64,000 nt of DNA from Stegostoma tigrinum (taxonomy: Eukaryota), in assembly GCF_030684315.1 (NCBI RefSeq), contig NC_081379.1, positions 28,240,637-28,304,636 on the forward strand. The letters run 5' to 3'. A program made the translations under genes and the position numbers. The stretch's first letter is position 1. Each line of letters opens with the position of its first letter. Shown in pieces: positions 38,483 to 50,900 of the stretch. The notes below the pieces were generated by a model that worked only from the letters and a program-made list of their open reading frames with translations, did no database searches and was not told where the DNA came from.

Positions 38483-39289
38483 GTAAGTAAAGAATCTTGC
38501 ATTCAGAAATTCTTTCCTGAAGAAGGATTTCTTCCTTTACATGGGTTCTTCTTTATTTTTAGTTACTGTATTTGTTGTAATAGTGACTGTGGCTTGTTTG
38601 CACTACAGTTTGCATTGTGTATACTTAATCAATCAAAACAGATCATTAAAGGGGAACTCTGCGTGTCCAACTAATATGCAATTTAAAATAAACCTTTCGT
38701 GTTTTGAAAGTGAAAAGAAAATGAAAATTGAATGTCAGTTTTTTGTGGATTTAGTACTCTACAAGGGTTATGTACTCCATGCTTGAATTACTAAAAGTTT
38801 TATCATTTCTACTGCTTACAGGGTTGTTTGACTACTTCTGAAGTATAATATAAACACTATTTGAGACTCATTGTGATTTCCTCATTTTTAACAAAACTGC
38901 CTGCAACAAAACCATGTTTTGTTTTTTGTCATTTTGATTGATAAGTTACATTTTAAACATCTTTTACTGTTCTGCAGCTCATTTTTTTTTAATTTCCGTG
39001 CTTCAGCTTCAATTTCCTGTCAAAAATGTTTTTACTTGTAATGCAATATCACTGCACCTGTAACATAATGAACATAAAATATTTTGCTTTGCAAAAAGAA
39101 AGATTCTTTCAGGTACCAGGGGTTCTAGACTTGCCTGCTCTTTTTAACAGAGCTCACTGCACTAAATATCATTTGGGTCTTTCCTGTTCCTTAAAATAGC
39201 TTGATAATAGCCAGTTTGACAGTCAAAAATAATGAATTGTTTTCAAATCGGGCCATAATTGAAGAGAAATTGCTTCCAACAGCAAAAAG

Positions 39290-39570
39290 TGTAAGTAACC
39301 AGAAGACATAGGTTTAAAGGTGATCAGTGAAACAACTACAGGCAACAGGAAAGAACCTTTTTCTAAAACACTGCCAAGTTATTGTAATCTGTAACACAGT
39401 GCCTGAAAAGGTATTGGAAGCATATTCTATCATAACACTCAAAAGGACAACTAGATAAATACTTAAAAGGCACGGCCTTATGAGGAAAAATCAGGAGTGG
39501 AAGGCTCTATCAAACAGCCACTGAGACACAATGGACCGAATGGTCACCTTTTGGTTGTATCTATCCATGA
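39290..39570 (+). mobile_element. Old CR1 3' fragment
   Basis: aaccagaagacataggtttaaaggtgat..gcctgaaaaggtattggaagca..tggaccgaatggtcacct. Confidence 0.7.
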
Positions 39571-40535
39571 GGACCCTGGTTTTAAGATTACACAATGGAT
39601 TTTCAATTTGCTTCCATACATAATTGGATGTTGTTGTTAACTGGCTGCAGATACAGAAACTTTCCATTTTTTAGTACTATTGAGAAGAATAGAAATGGAA
39701 ATTGGGAGGTTTCTAGAACAGGTGCTCAATCCACAACATCAATTTTATACACTGGTAGCAAACTGAAAATCTCTCTCGGTAACTATAATTACTTAGTTCT
39801 TAAAATACATATATACACACACACGTATTTCCAACTATTTCCTTACCAACTACAGTCAACATTTACAACATTTCCTACAGCAAAATCATTTTCACTTGCC
39901 ATCGTGATTGGCAGGCTACATTTGGGCTTTATTTTAGCCTTATTAATTCCAGATCATTATTCTCTTCAGAGGTTCCAGACAGATACTTCTCTTTGAAGGC
40001 TGTAAATCAAATTCACTAATTTGAAAAAGAAAGGTTGAACAGTCTCTTCCATGCAATAACAGGAAGCAAGCCAAATGTAGTAAATAACTAAGTTCAAAAA
40101 GCTGCAATCTGAGACTTAATTGGGACCAATCAGACAACGTGCTTGCATTTGAAATTGATTCTCAAGCAGCCTTCCTGGTCATCAACTAGATAAAACTCAC
40201 CATTCTTTCTCAGGTTTAGCTGGGAAATGTTGATTTTTTTTTAGAGGAGGTGATCTTGAACACTTTATGGGCCATGATAGAAGTGTAGAATACAAGTTAA
40301 AACTCAGGTAACGTTGTCATGTGGCAGACATGAAAATCCATTAAAAATTACAAGGAGGGGAAAATGCCACTTGGAGAGGCTGTAATTTTATAAAACTGAA
40401 ATACCAAGCATCATTATCAGGGTTAAGACAATACAGCTTATTAAAGATAGTTAATTGCCACGTAAAAGTCCACTTTTGATTTTCCATAAAAAGCCTAGTT
40501 CTGAATTTCCATTAAAAGCCAAGTATATTGAACTG

Positions 40536-40725
40536 AGATAATGGGAACTGCAGATGCTGGAGAATTCCAAGATAATAAAATGTGAGGCTGGATGAACACA
40601 GCAGGCCAAGCAGCATCTCAGGAGCACAAAAGCTGACGTTTTGGGCCTAGGCCCGAAACGTCAGCTTTTGTGCTCCTGAGATGCTGCTTGGCCTGCTGTG
40701 TTCATCCAGCCTCACATTTTATTAT
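40536..40725 (-). mobile_element. Young PLE family A insertion forming a spacerless 154-bp palindrome
   Basis: Arms 40572-40648 and 40649-40725 have one mismatch; centre cct|agg. TSD tatattgaactgag at 40524-40537 and 40723-40736. Confidence 0.95.
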
Positions 40726-41369
40726 ATTGAACTGAGCATGGCAGCCTTGGAGTTTACATTAACTTCATTCCTTTAAGATGCCCAATGACTTTAACAGTAA
40801 TAATAATAATTTCTTTCTGAGAGATCATCAAGAGAATTTTGGATATGGCTGAATTTCATAAACATGACTCACTATCACATTGGTTCAAAACTACTTACAC
40901 TGGCTAAAGAAGGGGCAGAAAGGTACTATTGTCCTTTGTTGGATTTTCAGCTTCCAAACTGAGGTTCAATGTGTTTAACTCGCATTACCCCTGTGCTGGA
41001 TGTACAAAGAATCAACCCAACCTCAATGAACTGACACAGGCATGGCTCTGATTGGAGTAAAGATCTGCAAAGACATCTTCTCCTACAAGTCAAAGAGATT
41101 GGAAAGTCAAAAGAAAGCAGCAAAAACCCAGTAGCCATCCAAGAACAAAGCAAAGCCACAGGAGACACTCTGAAAATTCTAACTAAATATTTTAAAACAA
41201 CACCTTTTGCTAGGGAGCTCACACACACACAAAATTTTAGTAAAACGAACACTATATCCACCCATTGACAACAAACGGATAATCCAAATTTTAGGATTAA
41301 AGTAGAGTCCAAGTGATTTCCTGGAATTTCCATTACTAGTCTCAAACATGTATAAGCTAAATACCCAGT

Positions 41370-42158
41370 CACTTGTGCTGAAAACAGCAAAAGCTGGAGA
41401 TCACAGCAGGTCAGACAGCATCCATAGAGAGACAGCAAGCTAATGTTTAAAGTCTAGATGACCCTTCAGAGCTGAATCAAAGCAGCATTTCACTTGTACC
41501 TCATCGAATCTGGTGTTTTGTATCACTGCACCCAACGTGGCCTACTCTGCGCTGGAGAAACTGAACACAGACTGGGTAATGGCTTTGCAGAACACCCCCT
41601 GTCCATGGACAAGCATGACCCTAACTTTCTCGTCATCGGTCGTTTTAATACAGTGTCCTGCTCACGTGCTCACTTGTCTGTCCTCAGCATGCTCCAGTGA
41701 ATCAAAGCGCAAACAACATTTCATCTTCAGACTAAGCACTTTACAGCTTTCTGGACTTAACATTGAGTTCAGCATCTTCGGATTGTGCGCCAGCTCCCAT
41801 TCCTTCCCCTTCTTTTAACTTTACTTGTTACGTTGTCTGTCACCATGTCCTTTCTCCCCCTTGCTCACCCCAGTGGGACTCTGTTCTTTCCAGTTTGGCA
41901 GTTAGACACACCATTGTTCTGCCATTCTCACATTCCAATCACTTAATCTGAACCATCAACATCCTTTCTTCCACAGCACACTAAACTCCACATCCTTCCC
42001 AACCATAGCATAAATGCTGCCCCATCTACACTTCACCTCAGCTCTGAAGAGTCATCGAAACTTGAAACACTAGCTTGCTCTCCCTCCATGGATGCTGTCT
42101 GACCCACTGTGATCTCTAGCATTTGTTGTTTTCAGTTCGGTTGCAGTAATTTGCTCCA
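41370..42158 (+). mobile_element. PLE family C: GIY-YIG relic with inverted terminal arm
   Basis: FTCTSSNLVFCI..AGETEHRLGNGFAEH..FIFRLSTLQLSGLNIEF. 41378-41475 is inverted relative to ~42038-42135. Degenerate HHR ctgaagagtcatc..gaaacactagc. acccagt repeated at 41363-41369 and 42159-42165. Confidence 0.85.
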
Positions 42159-42194
42159 ACCCAGTGGCCTTTGTTACTCAAATAATCAAATTAC

Positions 42195-42870
42195 TACAAT
42201 CTTAGACCATTCATCTCTTTGAGTCTGTTGTCTCATTCAACAAGATTATGACTGATCTCAACTTTCCTGTTTAGCCCTTGACTTGCTTATTTATCAAAAG
42301 TCTAACTAACTCTAAATAGATTTAATAACAGCTCCACTTCTTTTCTGGGGAAAGAAATTCCACATACCAGCAATCACTCAATATAAGATAAGAAGTTTTT
42401 CTTCAGCTCTAGCTAAACAGGGAGATCTTTTATTCTTGTACTTTTTCTCCTTGGTTCTGTTCTCCCCAACAAAACATCCTCCCAGTTATTACCCCATCAA
42501 GTCCCCTCAGATCTTATCTGTTTCAATAAGATTACCTGTCCTCTTGTACACAGTATTGTAAAGGTCCTACCTGCCCAACATTTTATCACAAGATAACCCT
42601 TACATCCCAGGAACAAGTCAAGTGAGTCTTCTCTGGGCACAATTGTATCCTTTTTCAAAAAAGGAGATCAGCTGCACACAGTTTTACAGGCTAGATGTAC
42701 TCTCACTACACCCCTGTACAGTTGCAGTAAAACGTCCCTACGACTACATTCTATTCCCTTGTAATACATCTCAACATTCTATTTGTTGAATACTTACTAT
42801 ATCTGCTTACTAACTTCATGTAATTCATGTACCAGCACACCTAAACCTCTCTGTAAAATTCTGCAATCCC
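42195..42870 (-). mobile_element. Old CR1 3' fragment
   Basis: Similar to 26285-26880 (ttatgactgatctc, ccccatcaagtcccctcagatcttatctgtttcaataagattacc). Confidence 0.7.
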
Positions 42871-43070
42871 TCTCCATTTCAATAGTGAACCACTCGGAGG
42901 AAATTACTTGATTATCACCAAATCTTGATTTTACTTTTCAAAAAAAAACACAAGTTTAATGCCGGGGAAGCCTTACAGACCCTAGCGTGACTATAGAAGA
43001 ATGTGATGAACATCTCAAATCCTCTCTAGTAATCCAAGTACCATGATCTTCAGGCATGCAAAACAGCACA

Positions 43071-43275
43071 GTGTTAATGGGAATTACAGACGCTGGAGAA
43101 TCCAAGATAACACAGCACAGAGCTGGATGAACACTGCAGGCCAAGCAGCATCTTGAAGGGTCTAGGCCCAATATGTCAGCGCTTTTCTGATGAAGGGTCT
43201 AGGCCCGAAAGGTCAGCTTTTGTGCTTCGAAGATGCTGTTTGGACTGCTGTGTTCATCCAGCTCCACATTTTGTT
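43071..43275 (-). mobile_element. PLE family A fold-back mini-insertion with a tandem HHR duplication in the plus arm
   Basis: tgaagggtctaggcccaatatgtcagc followed by ctgatgaagggtctaggcccgaaaggtcagc. TSD aaaac(a/t)gcacagtgt at 43060-43074 and 43276-43290. Confidence 0.9.
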
Positions 43276-43354
43276 AAAACTGCACAGTGTGCCTCTTTTA
43301 CTTTACAGATGACTCAGTGGACTTATGAAGCTGTCTTCTAGCTACAAATAAGAC

Positions 43355-43378
43355 GAGAGAGAGAGAGAGAGAGAGAGA
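43355..43378. repeat. (GA)12 microsatellite
   Basis: Direct reading. Confidence 0.9.
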
Positions 43379-44342
43379 AAAAGAGACAGAGCACAAGATA
43401 CAAGCTTCCTATTCACAGTTAACGCATTGATTTTTCTTCAGCTTGTGACTACAACTTGCCAGTATGTAACACAATATACTCATTAATGACTTACTGCTGA
43501 TCAGGCAGAGCTAGATTCTCAAGGTGATTTGCTGGATCACTATTTGAGCATCAGCAGTGAGGAAGACAATCACTGGCTGGCCTTGACTCTACAGCACCAG
43601 TCTGATTTCTTCAAAAAGTACTCCCTCTTCCCTAATGGTGCAATCAAACAGCTAGATTATTTCCAGTTTGCATCCACCATAAACTACTTGAGTGAATCTG
43701 AAGTTGGGCCCCCAACGTCATATTGGAGTGAAGCCTAGTAAGGTTTCCCACGTACATACTGTTGCTGCCGCATTGTCACATAATTCTGATTTTACGGCCT
43801 TACTAGGCTTAGTATTAAGTGCTAGCAAATGCAGTTTAGAGAGCCCTCAAAAGGATTTGATCATCCACCTGTCCTATTTTTAACTCTATCTGACATCAGC
43901 TTGAATTTTTCAGCAAGTAAGGGCTATCCAGACCTCAACTTTGACACATTTCAATTTCTCACCAGTGGGAAACTCAAAGGTACACAGGTATTTCCGCACA
44001 GGCATTGTGTGTTGCCTAAACAAGTGAAATTAAGTTCCACTGGTCTCAAGGCGCTCAAACTGCAGTTAGTTATCAATTGGAGACTGGTGCTGGGGTGTAA
44101 AATACACCAATTGCGAGGACTCCAGCCTTAAATACTTTAAAGGCGATGGAGAAAGATCTAACAAAATTACTTAACTGTTGCACTTTATCCCGTAACTAGC
44201 TGTGGCAAATGATAATTCCTCTCCAGCACCTACAGAGATTACAAGCTTAGCTAAAATAAATGGGGACTGCTATTTAGAACTCCTTGGCACACTGGTAGTG
44301 TCCTTATCTCCAGGCCAGCACGTGCAGACTCAAATCCCATGT

Positions 44343-45056
44343 GGGAGGCAACGGCCTACTGATACTATCACTGGATCATTAATCCAGAGACCCTGGTCAT
44401 GTTCTGGGGACCTGGGTTTGAATCCTGCCATAGCAGATGGTGAAATTTGAATTCCATAAACATCTGGAATTAAGAGTCTAATGATGACCATGAACCCATT
44501 GTCGAATGTTGGAAAAACCCAGCTGGTTCACTAATATCCTTTCGGGAAGGAAACTGGCATCATTACCTAGTCTGGCCTACATGTGACTCCAGGCACACAG
44601 CAATGCGGTTGATTCTCAACTGCTTAGAAAGGCTTAGATAGGGTGGACACTGGCAAGTTGTTTCCATTAGACGGGAAGACTAGGACCCGTGGGCACAGCC
44701 TTATAATTAGAGGGGGTCAATTTAGAATGGAAATGAAGGGACATTTCTTCAGCCAAAGAGTGGTGGGCCTGTGGAAATCATTGCCACGGAGCACAGTGGG
44801 GGCTGGGACGTTAAATGTCTTCAAGGCAGAGATTGATAAGTTCTTGATCACGTAAGGAATTAAGGGCTATGGGGAGAGCGGGGTAAGTGGAGTTGAAATG
44901 CCCATCAGCCATGATTAAATGGCGGAGTGGACTCGATGGGCCAAACGGCCTTACTTCCACTCCTATGTCTTACGGTCTTATGCCCTTTGGGCAATTAGGG
45001 ATGGGCAATGAATACTAGTTTAGCCAGAGATGCCCTCATCAAATGAATAAAAAAAG
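44343..45056 (+). mobile_element. tRNA-derived SINE (MetaSINE-like core) interrupted by a CR1
   Basis: B box gggtttgaatcc; core ggttcactaatatcctttcgggaaggaaa..tggcctacatgtgactccag; tail gggcaattagggatgggcaat. Family assignment from recall. Confidence 0.8.
44624..44980 (+). mobile_element. CR1 3' fragment nested in the SINE
   Basis: ORF 44643-44855 KTRTRGHSLIIRG..FFSQRVVGLWKSLP..FKAEIDKFL. tgc on both sides. Confidence 0.9.
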
Positions 45057-46329
45057 TTGCGCCCTGGAGGTGTACAATGACATGTCTGAAGAGTATGATT
45101 CAAAGTACACATTAGGGTACTTCTTGGTATACATAGAGGAACTGAAAGCTTATAATAAATAAACTATTGGAAGCAAAATCTGAAATCTGTATTGTGAGCA
45201 CAGAATTGAAATATTGACTATTCCCCACTGTCATCCTGTATGGATTGATAGTTAAGATTTTAAAGATCATTTCAAACTTGTTGGTAGATGTACACTATCA
45301 CAGAATTTTGAGCAGTCTACAGAAGTGGAGTTTGAACTCACTAGCCAAATGTCAAAGTGGTGTGTTTTCTCCATTATAGAAACCATGTGATTTCCGTTGT
45401 TTCTACCAGACTTCCAGTTTTATGCATGGTGGATGAGCTGAAAGAAAAAAAGTGATTTTTTTTATTTAATTTAATATCAAGCAGAGACAGCATTTGAGGA
45501 TATATTCTTTCTCTGTCCCCTCGCACCTTAGTTCATTTCTTTCCTTTTCGGAGAAAAACAGCCCTGCAAAAATGACTGGAAATGACACACAAGCATACCT
45601 ATTCACCATCCTAAAGGATGACTTCCTGCCAACAAAGGGAAGCGTAACCCTGCCGAAGGGTGCCTTGCCTTCACTGAGATTATCCCACGATCAGATAAAA
45701 GGAGTCCCTAAATTCTCCAAAAGGGATGAAATATGAACCGTCCCTCCAACCCTTAACCCTCACAACCTCCTTACTCCCACAGACTCTAAATGCTCTATCC
45801 ATGTCAACTCTTGAAACCTAATACCCTCCACCCAGCTCCACAGTCCTCGTTACCTCTATACTAACATCGTACCTACTTTATCACCACCTTCCCCCTTCAC
45901 TTATTGTGCCAACTCTCTGAGTTTCCACAAGTACCCAGGTGCATGAGAGAAAAAAAATGGCGCTTTTAAAATTCTATATTGCTGACTCTATTTTGTTAGG
46001 AAAAGCATTCTCATTATTAAAAACACATTTTGGCATTTGTTGACACTTCTAGACACTTCTTGGAAATTCTTAAACAGTCTTGACAAGTTGGACCTTGATC
46101 CTCACCCTTGAAGGATACCCATCCCTTACTGCCAAAGTGCATTGTGATCATACTCAAAGAAGTATCACAGCTCTCTAAAAAGGATGCTGTAACTATCCAA
46201 GGAGAACAAATCTGCTCTTATCTAGTTTAATCTCCAGAAACCAGGAACTCCAAAATCTGACTTGAGCGGAGGCAGCTGGTCATTTAAGTGTGTAGCAGCC
46301 TCTGCGAATTACAGTTGTAGTGGTCTTTA

Positions 46330-46452
46330 TGGAGAATAGTAAATTGTAGGGTATGCAGGGTAGATTGATCTTAGTAGGACAATAGATCGGCATAACATCA
46401 TGGGCCGAAGGGCCTGTACTGTGCTCAACTGTTGTATGTTCAATTCTATGAA
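46330..46452 (+). mobile_element. HER1-like LINE 3' tail
   Basis: ggtcggc-like..aacatcatgggccgaagggcctgtactgtgct..tgttcaattctatg. Confidence 0.7.
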
Positions 46453-46829
46453 GTCTGCATAATCTCACCTCCCACAAAAATAAGAAACACTGAATTCTGT
46501 ATTGGAATTTGTGATTCCTAACTTCTTCTAGCATTTACCTCCAACAGAGTTACTCTCGATTGGCATAAAGGTCTTGCCTAGATCTATTCAAGACAAAGTT
46601 TAAATTATGCTACATCACAGTAAAAATAGATTTATTCCTTGCACGCCCTATCTAATAGCATATTTATCATATCAACCCATATTTTTACATTTTCATCTAT
46701 ACAGCAGTAAATCTCTAACTCCTATATAAAATGTGCACTAAATCATTATAGCATAAGGTCAGCATTTTGAATTATTTAGAAACAACCCAAATCTAAAATT
46801 TAGGTAGTCCCTTTTAGTTAGTGAAGCAT

Positions 46830-47170
46830 CAAAAGCCACCTCGCAGCAGTGTTATAAGACAAAAATTGATACAAAGCCACCTGTGGATACTTGGACAAGT
46901 TTCCAAAAACTAAAGTCAAAGTAGGAGGTTTAAAGAGACATCTTAAAAGGGGAAGAGGTAAGGAGGCACGGAGGTTCGGACCTCATTGGGTCCAAAGGAG
47001 CTACAGGCAGAGCTGTCAAAGATGAGGTGGTAGAAATTGTGAATGCACAAGAAGCCAGAATTAAAAGGAGCACACAGTGATCTGAGAGAGTTATAGGACT
47101 GGGGATGGTTACAGAGATAGAGAGGAGTTCATCCATGAAGACATTGCAAAGGCAGACGGAACATTCCCTC
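46830..47170 (-). mobile_element. L2-like LINE 3' fragment
   Basis: aaaaattgatacaaagccac..gtcaaagtaggaggtttaaagagacatcttaaaagg..gccagaatt..gttacagagatag resembles shark L2 3' ends (recall). Confidence 0.5.
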
Positions 47171-47687
47171 AGAACCCATAGAATGCCCACTAAAATATAT
47201 CAAGTGAGAGATAATGCATGCTATTTTTACTCAGAAACATGAATGCTACATTTCAAGCCTTAGAAACAGTCTTTATTTTGTTGAATATATATTGAATGCC
47301 AAGGCCTAGTTAGTGTATTATTGGTTAAGAACGACATATAAAAAGGACCTACTCACTCTGTAGCAATAAAATTTCGTGGTCAGTTTGAAAAGCAGGTCAA
47401 AGGTTGAACTCCACCTTGACCGATGACAGTCTGAAGTATGCCCTGCATCAGTTGGATGGTTTGGGGATGTGATTACTTGCACAAAGGAAAGCATATTAAC
47501 ACCACATAAGCACACCTCCTGAGAATTTCCACCCATCGAAGGCGCTGAAGAAAGTGCCTGTGAGCTCCATCATTCTACCTTCTTGATCAAGGATGGAAGT
47601 ATACATGTGCTGCTTAAGAGAGGTTTCAAGAATAAAAACACATTATTCCAGCTGTGATTCCATCAGGAGGTACACAGCCTGCTGCCT

Positions 47688-47986
47688 TTTTTTAGATTCC
47701 CTACAGTGTGGAAACAGGCCCTTCGGCCCAACAAGTCCACACCGCCCCTTGAAGCATCCCCCCATCACCCACATACCCTGAACACTACGGGCAATTTAGC
47801 ATGGCCAATCCACCTAACCTGCACATCTTTGGACTGTGGGAGGAAACCGGAGCACACAGAGGAAACCCACGCAGATACAGGGAGAACGTGCAAACTCCAC
47901 ACAGACAGTCGCCCGAGGCGGGAATCGAACCTGGGCCCCTGGTGCTGTGAGGCTGCAGTGCTAACCACTGAGCCACCGTGCCGCCC
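47688..47986 (-). mobile_element. Young HE1-type SINE
   Basis: Minus strand gggcggcacggtggctcagtggttagcac (A box), ggttcgattcc (B box). CpGs retained. HER1-like tail gggccgaagggcctgtttccacactgtaggga. Confidence 0.95.
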
Positions 47987-50900
47987 TGTTTAAGATATAG
48001 ACTTTTTAAACTACAGTTGTAGAGCTGGTAGCATTTCAGTATGTCAGGGTGGACTTGCTACAGAAATCCCAGGAAGATTTAACACTCCCACTGACTTAAT
48101 AATATTCATGAAAAGGTTTAGTGCTACTCAATTGAATCACCAGGCAACATGCCCATACATCTGATGCACCTGTCAATCCATCAAATATACTTGAATTCAG
48201 GACGGTCGATGTGGGTCAGCCATTTGACCATGATGTTGTTAAACAAGCTGCAGTTTGACAGCACTGTTTGCTTTGCTGCATGCCTGTCTAAACTAGGAAC
48301 ATTAACCAAACCACAACACAGGCTTGTCAACAGACACGGGGCATATACAGTATGTATCCAAAAAGGTTCCTGCAAGTGTTTGGAAAAACCTGTGGCACAT
48401 CAAAAAAAGATATTGTGGCTTTTGGTTCCCAGAAGTGAAGTCAGAGGGCCAGATTTTCACTCCTGAGTCAGGACACTTGCTGGTTTTACAAACCTGATCC
48501 AGGAGAAAGTGCCCTCCCCTGGAAGTTAGGATTCTTACCTTTCAGGGTAGCCAGTTTCTCTGGGAGTTGGGGCAGGTGACCTTGGCACAAAGAAGAGGGT
48601 GTTGGGTGTGGAAGCTGAATGGGCAGAGTGCCTGCCTCGGTGCTCTGGTGCTGTGTTGAGGTTTATTCTCTTAAAATCACCATTAAAAGCTCATCAGCTC
48701 TTAGCTATCATCACCCCACATACTCTCCATCTCTCATTCATGCCAGTCAATGCCACCTCAGCCTGCTCCAATCATTGATAAGCCCTTTTACCCTCCATGC
48801 CATCTCATGCTCCCAACCTACCTCCATAACACTCATATACTCAATGTAAACCTTTGCTGTCGATATGCTACCATGGTCCTTTATAGTCCCTGTGCCATAT
48901 TAGTGCCAATTCATGTCCCCATAACTATCTCCTTTTCCACATACACTTGCCATGTTAATATCACCCAAACTCCACTTAGGGCAGGCTTTGGGAGCTATGT
49001 GGAGGTGAAAAAATAAAGGTAAATTTCTATTGTAGGTTTTAATTTTAAAAACTCTTCTGTTAGAACAAAAATCATCATATTTAATTTCCTTCAACTGCAG
49101 AATTCCCAATTACCACAAAAAAACATTCAAGTGCATAATTCCTTATAGAAAAAGTTACTGGAATTCATAGTCACACGTCAAAGAAACTGCAAATTGGAAT
49201 GTCAGTCTGTAAAATGGCATGCATCCTGTGATAATGAAAGGTTAGGAAATCACTCGTGTAGTCTGATTCCAATATTGGCAGCCTTCAGGCTTCTGTCAAC
49301 TGACAGAGTGAAATAGTAATCAATGATATTTATTAAATGTGTGGACATTGTTTTTCAAAAGTTTAAGTAGCAGTTTCAAATGTGTTGATATTTTCAATAG
49401 TTGCCTTCAAAAATTCCTTTTGACAATTTCTTTCAAAAGGTCCCCTGATAATGTGTCAGTTTCTTTACATCAGGCATGTTCAACCTTTTATTGTTCATGA
49501 GAGCCAATCCTGAGTAATGAACTGGCTACTAAAGGAGTGCTGGATTCTTGACCAGTTTATGGACTGCCCAACCCTGCTCTCCAAACCTACAGACCTATGG
49601 TCCCTTGGTGTCCTGTCTGATGCCACCACCATTAGCATGCTTCTGTCTTTCCTCTGCACAACCATTTTCTTCCTGGTTCGGTTCCTCTTCTTGCCACCAT
49701 TTCAGCCACTGCTGCCAGTTGTGGCATTTCCCCTCTGTTGCTGGCACCTCGAGTTGGGGTTGGCAGCACCTGGTTCTGGCAAACTGGTTAGCTAGCTTGT
49801 AGCAGGAAATTAAATTAAATAACTTGAATTCTGTAATCTATTGGTTACTTTTCAAACATTTATGTCAGCTATTCAATGGAGAAGTTATGCTATCAATGCA
49901 TTGTTATGAACATGTGGGCTACTCCCGTTTATAGTTGCTTTTGACAGTCACTTTTCACTTGTCAGAGGTCCTTTTGACACTTCTTAGCTGTTCCCTTCGA
50001 CAGGCACTGTAGACAGTTGCTGCAAAGGCCTGGTGAGAATTGCAATTATGTTGACAGGTAATGGGTTAATGCAATTTGCTACAAACATTCGTGTCTTCTT
50101 TTAGCAATTCCAAAGGGAATCTTACTCTCAGAAGGTGCAACTTACCTCTTCCAAGAGCATGCATATTCTTAATCCTGAGGCTATATCCAAAAAGCAACCT
50201 TAGCTCTCCAAAAGGACATCATGGCTACCCAAAAAGACTGACAAAGTTCAGACCTGTTCCTACCAGGGCTAATCAGTTCATATAGCGTTTCTCTCAACTG
50301 GATCACCTAAATAGCATGAGACTCAAAGTAGTAGCTGCTCTATATGGGTATCAAAATAGCAGTTGTATGAAAGGTGACTCACCCAGATACCAGCTGACAC
50401 GGTGGAGACAAAATATGCTCTACTGACGATCAATTTTCAAACTCAATCATCTGATTTTAATTTCTGGGATTTTCATGCTCCAGAATCATGTTAAATATGG
50501 CTACAAACACTGGCTTATAATGGCCACAGCAATGAACTGATCACACAGGTGAGCCAAGCTTCATAAAACCCACGCTTAACAAGCAAACAAAACCAGTCTG
50601 GACTGAAGTTAACATTTACCAAAAGACACTGAGCCAAGTCCATACCATTAGACATGAAAAGGCCCTCATTTTCTATTTTGGTTTACAGCTTTATTTTCAA
50701 ATAGAGGAAACAGTTCCTCGTCAATAATTAACAAGCCGAAAAAGAAACTTCCACAAGTGAGATATACAAAACAGCTCGTACTTCAAGTAACTGTTTTTAG
50801 TAGAAAAGAGAAGGCAGAACTGGAGGTGGGAAGAGCTCTTTCTCAAGAGGGAAAAGCACCCAGTAATAGCATGGATTTAAAAAACATCTGGGACACCAAG

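Noticed and set aside
40947-41438. 163-aa hydrophobic ORF on the minus strand
   Set aside because: Starts inside a PLE arm and is the reverse of an A-rich tract, with no motif or splice support.
4704-47986. tRNA-like sequences at 4704, 15475, 22590, 44343 and 47986
   Set aside because: They have Pol III A/B boxes but continue into SINE cores and LINE tails, so they are SINE heads rather than tRNA genes.
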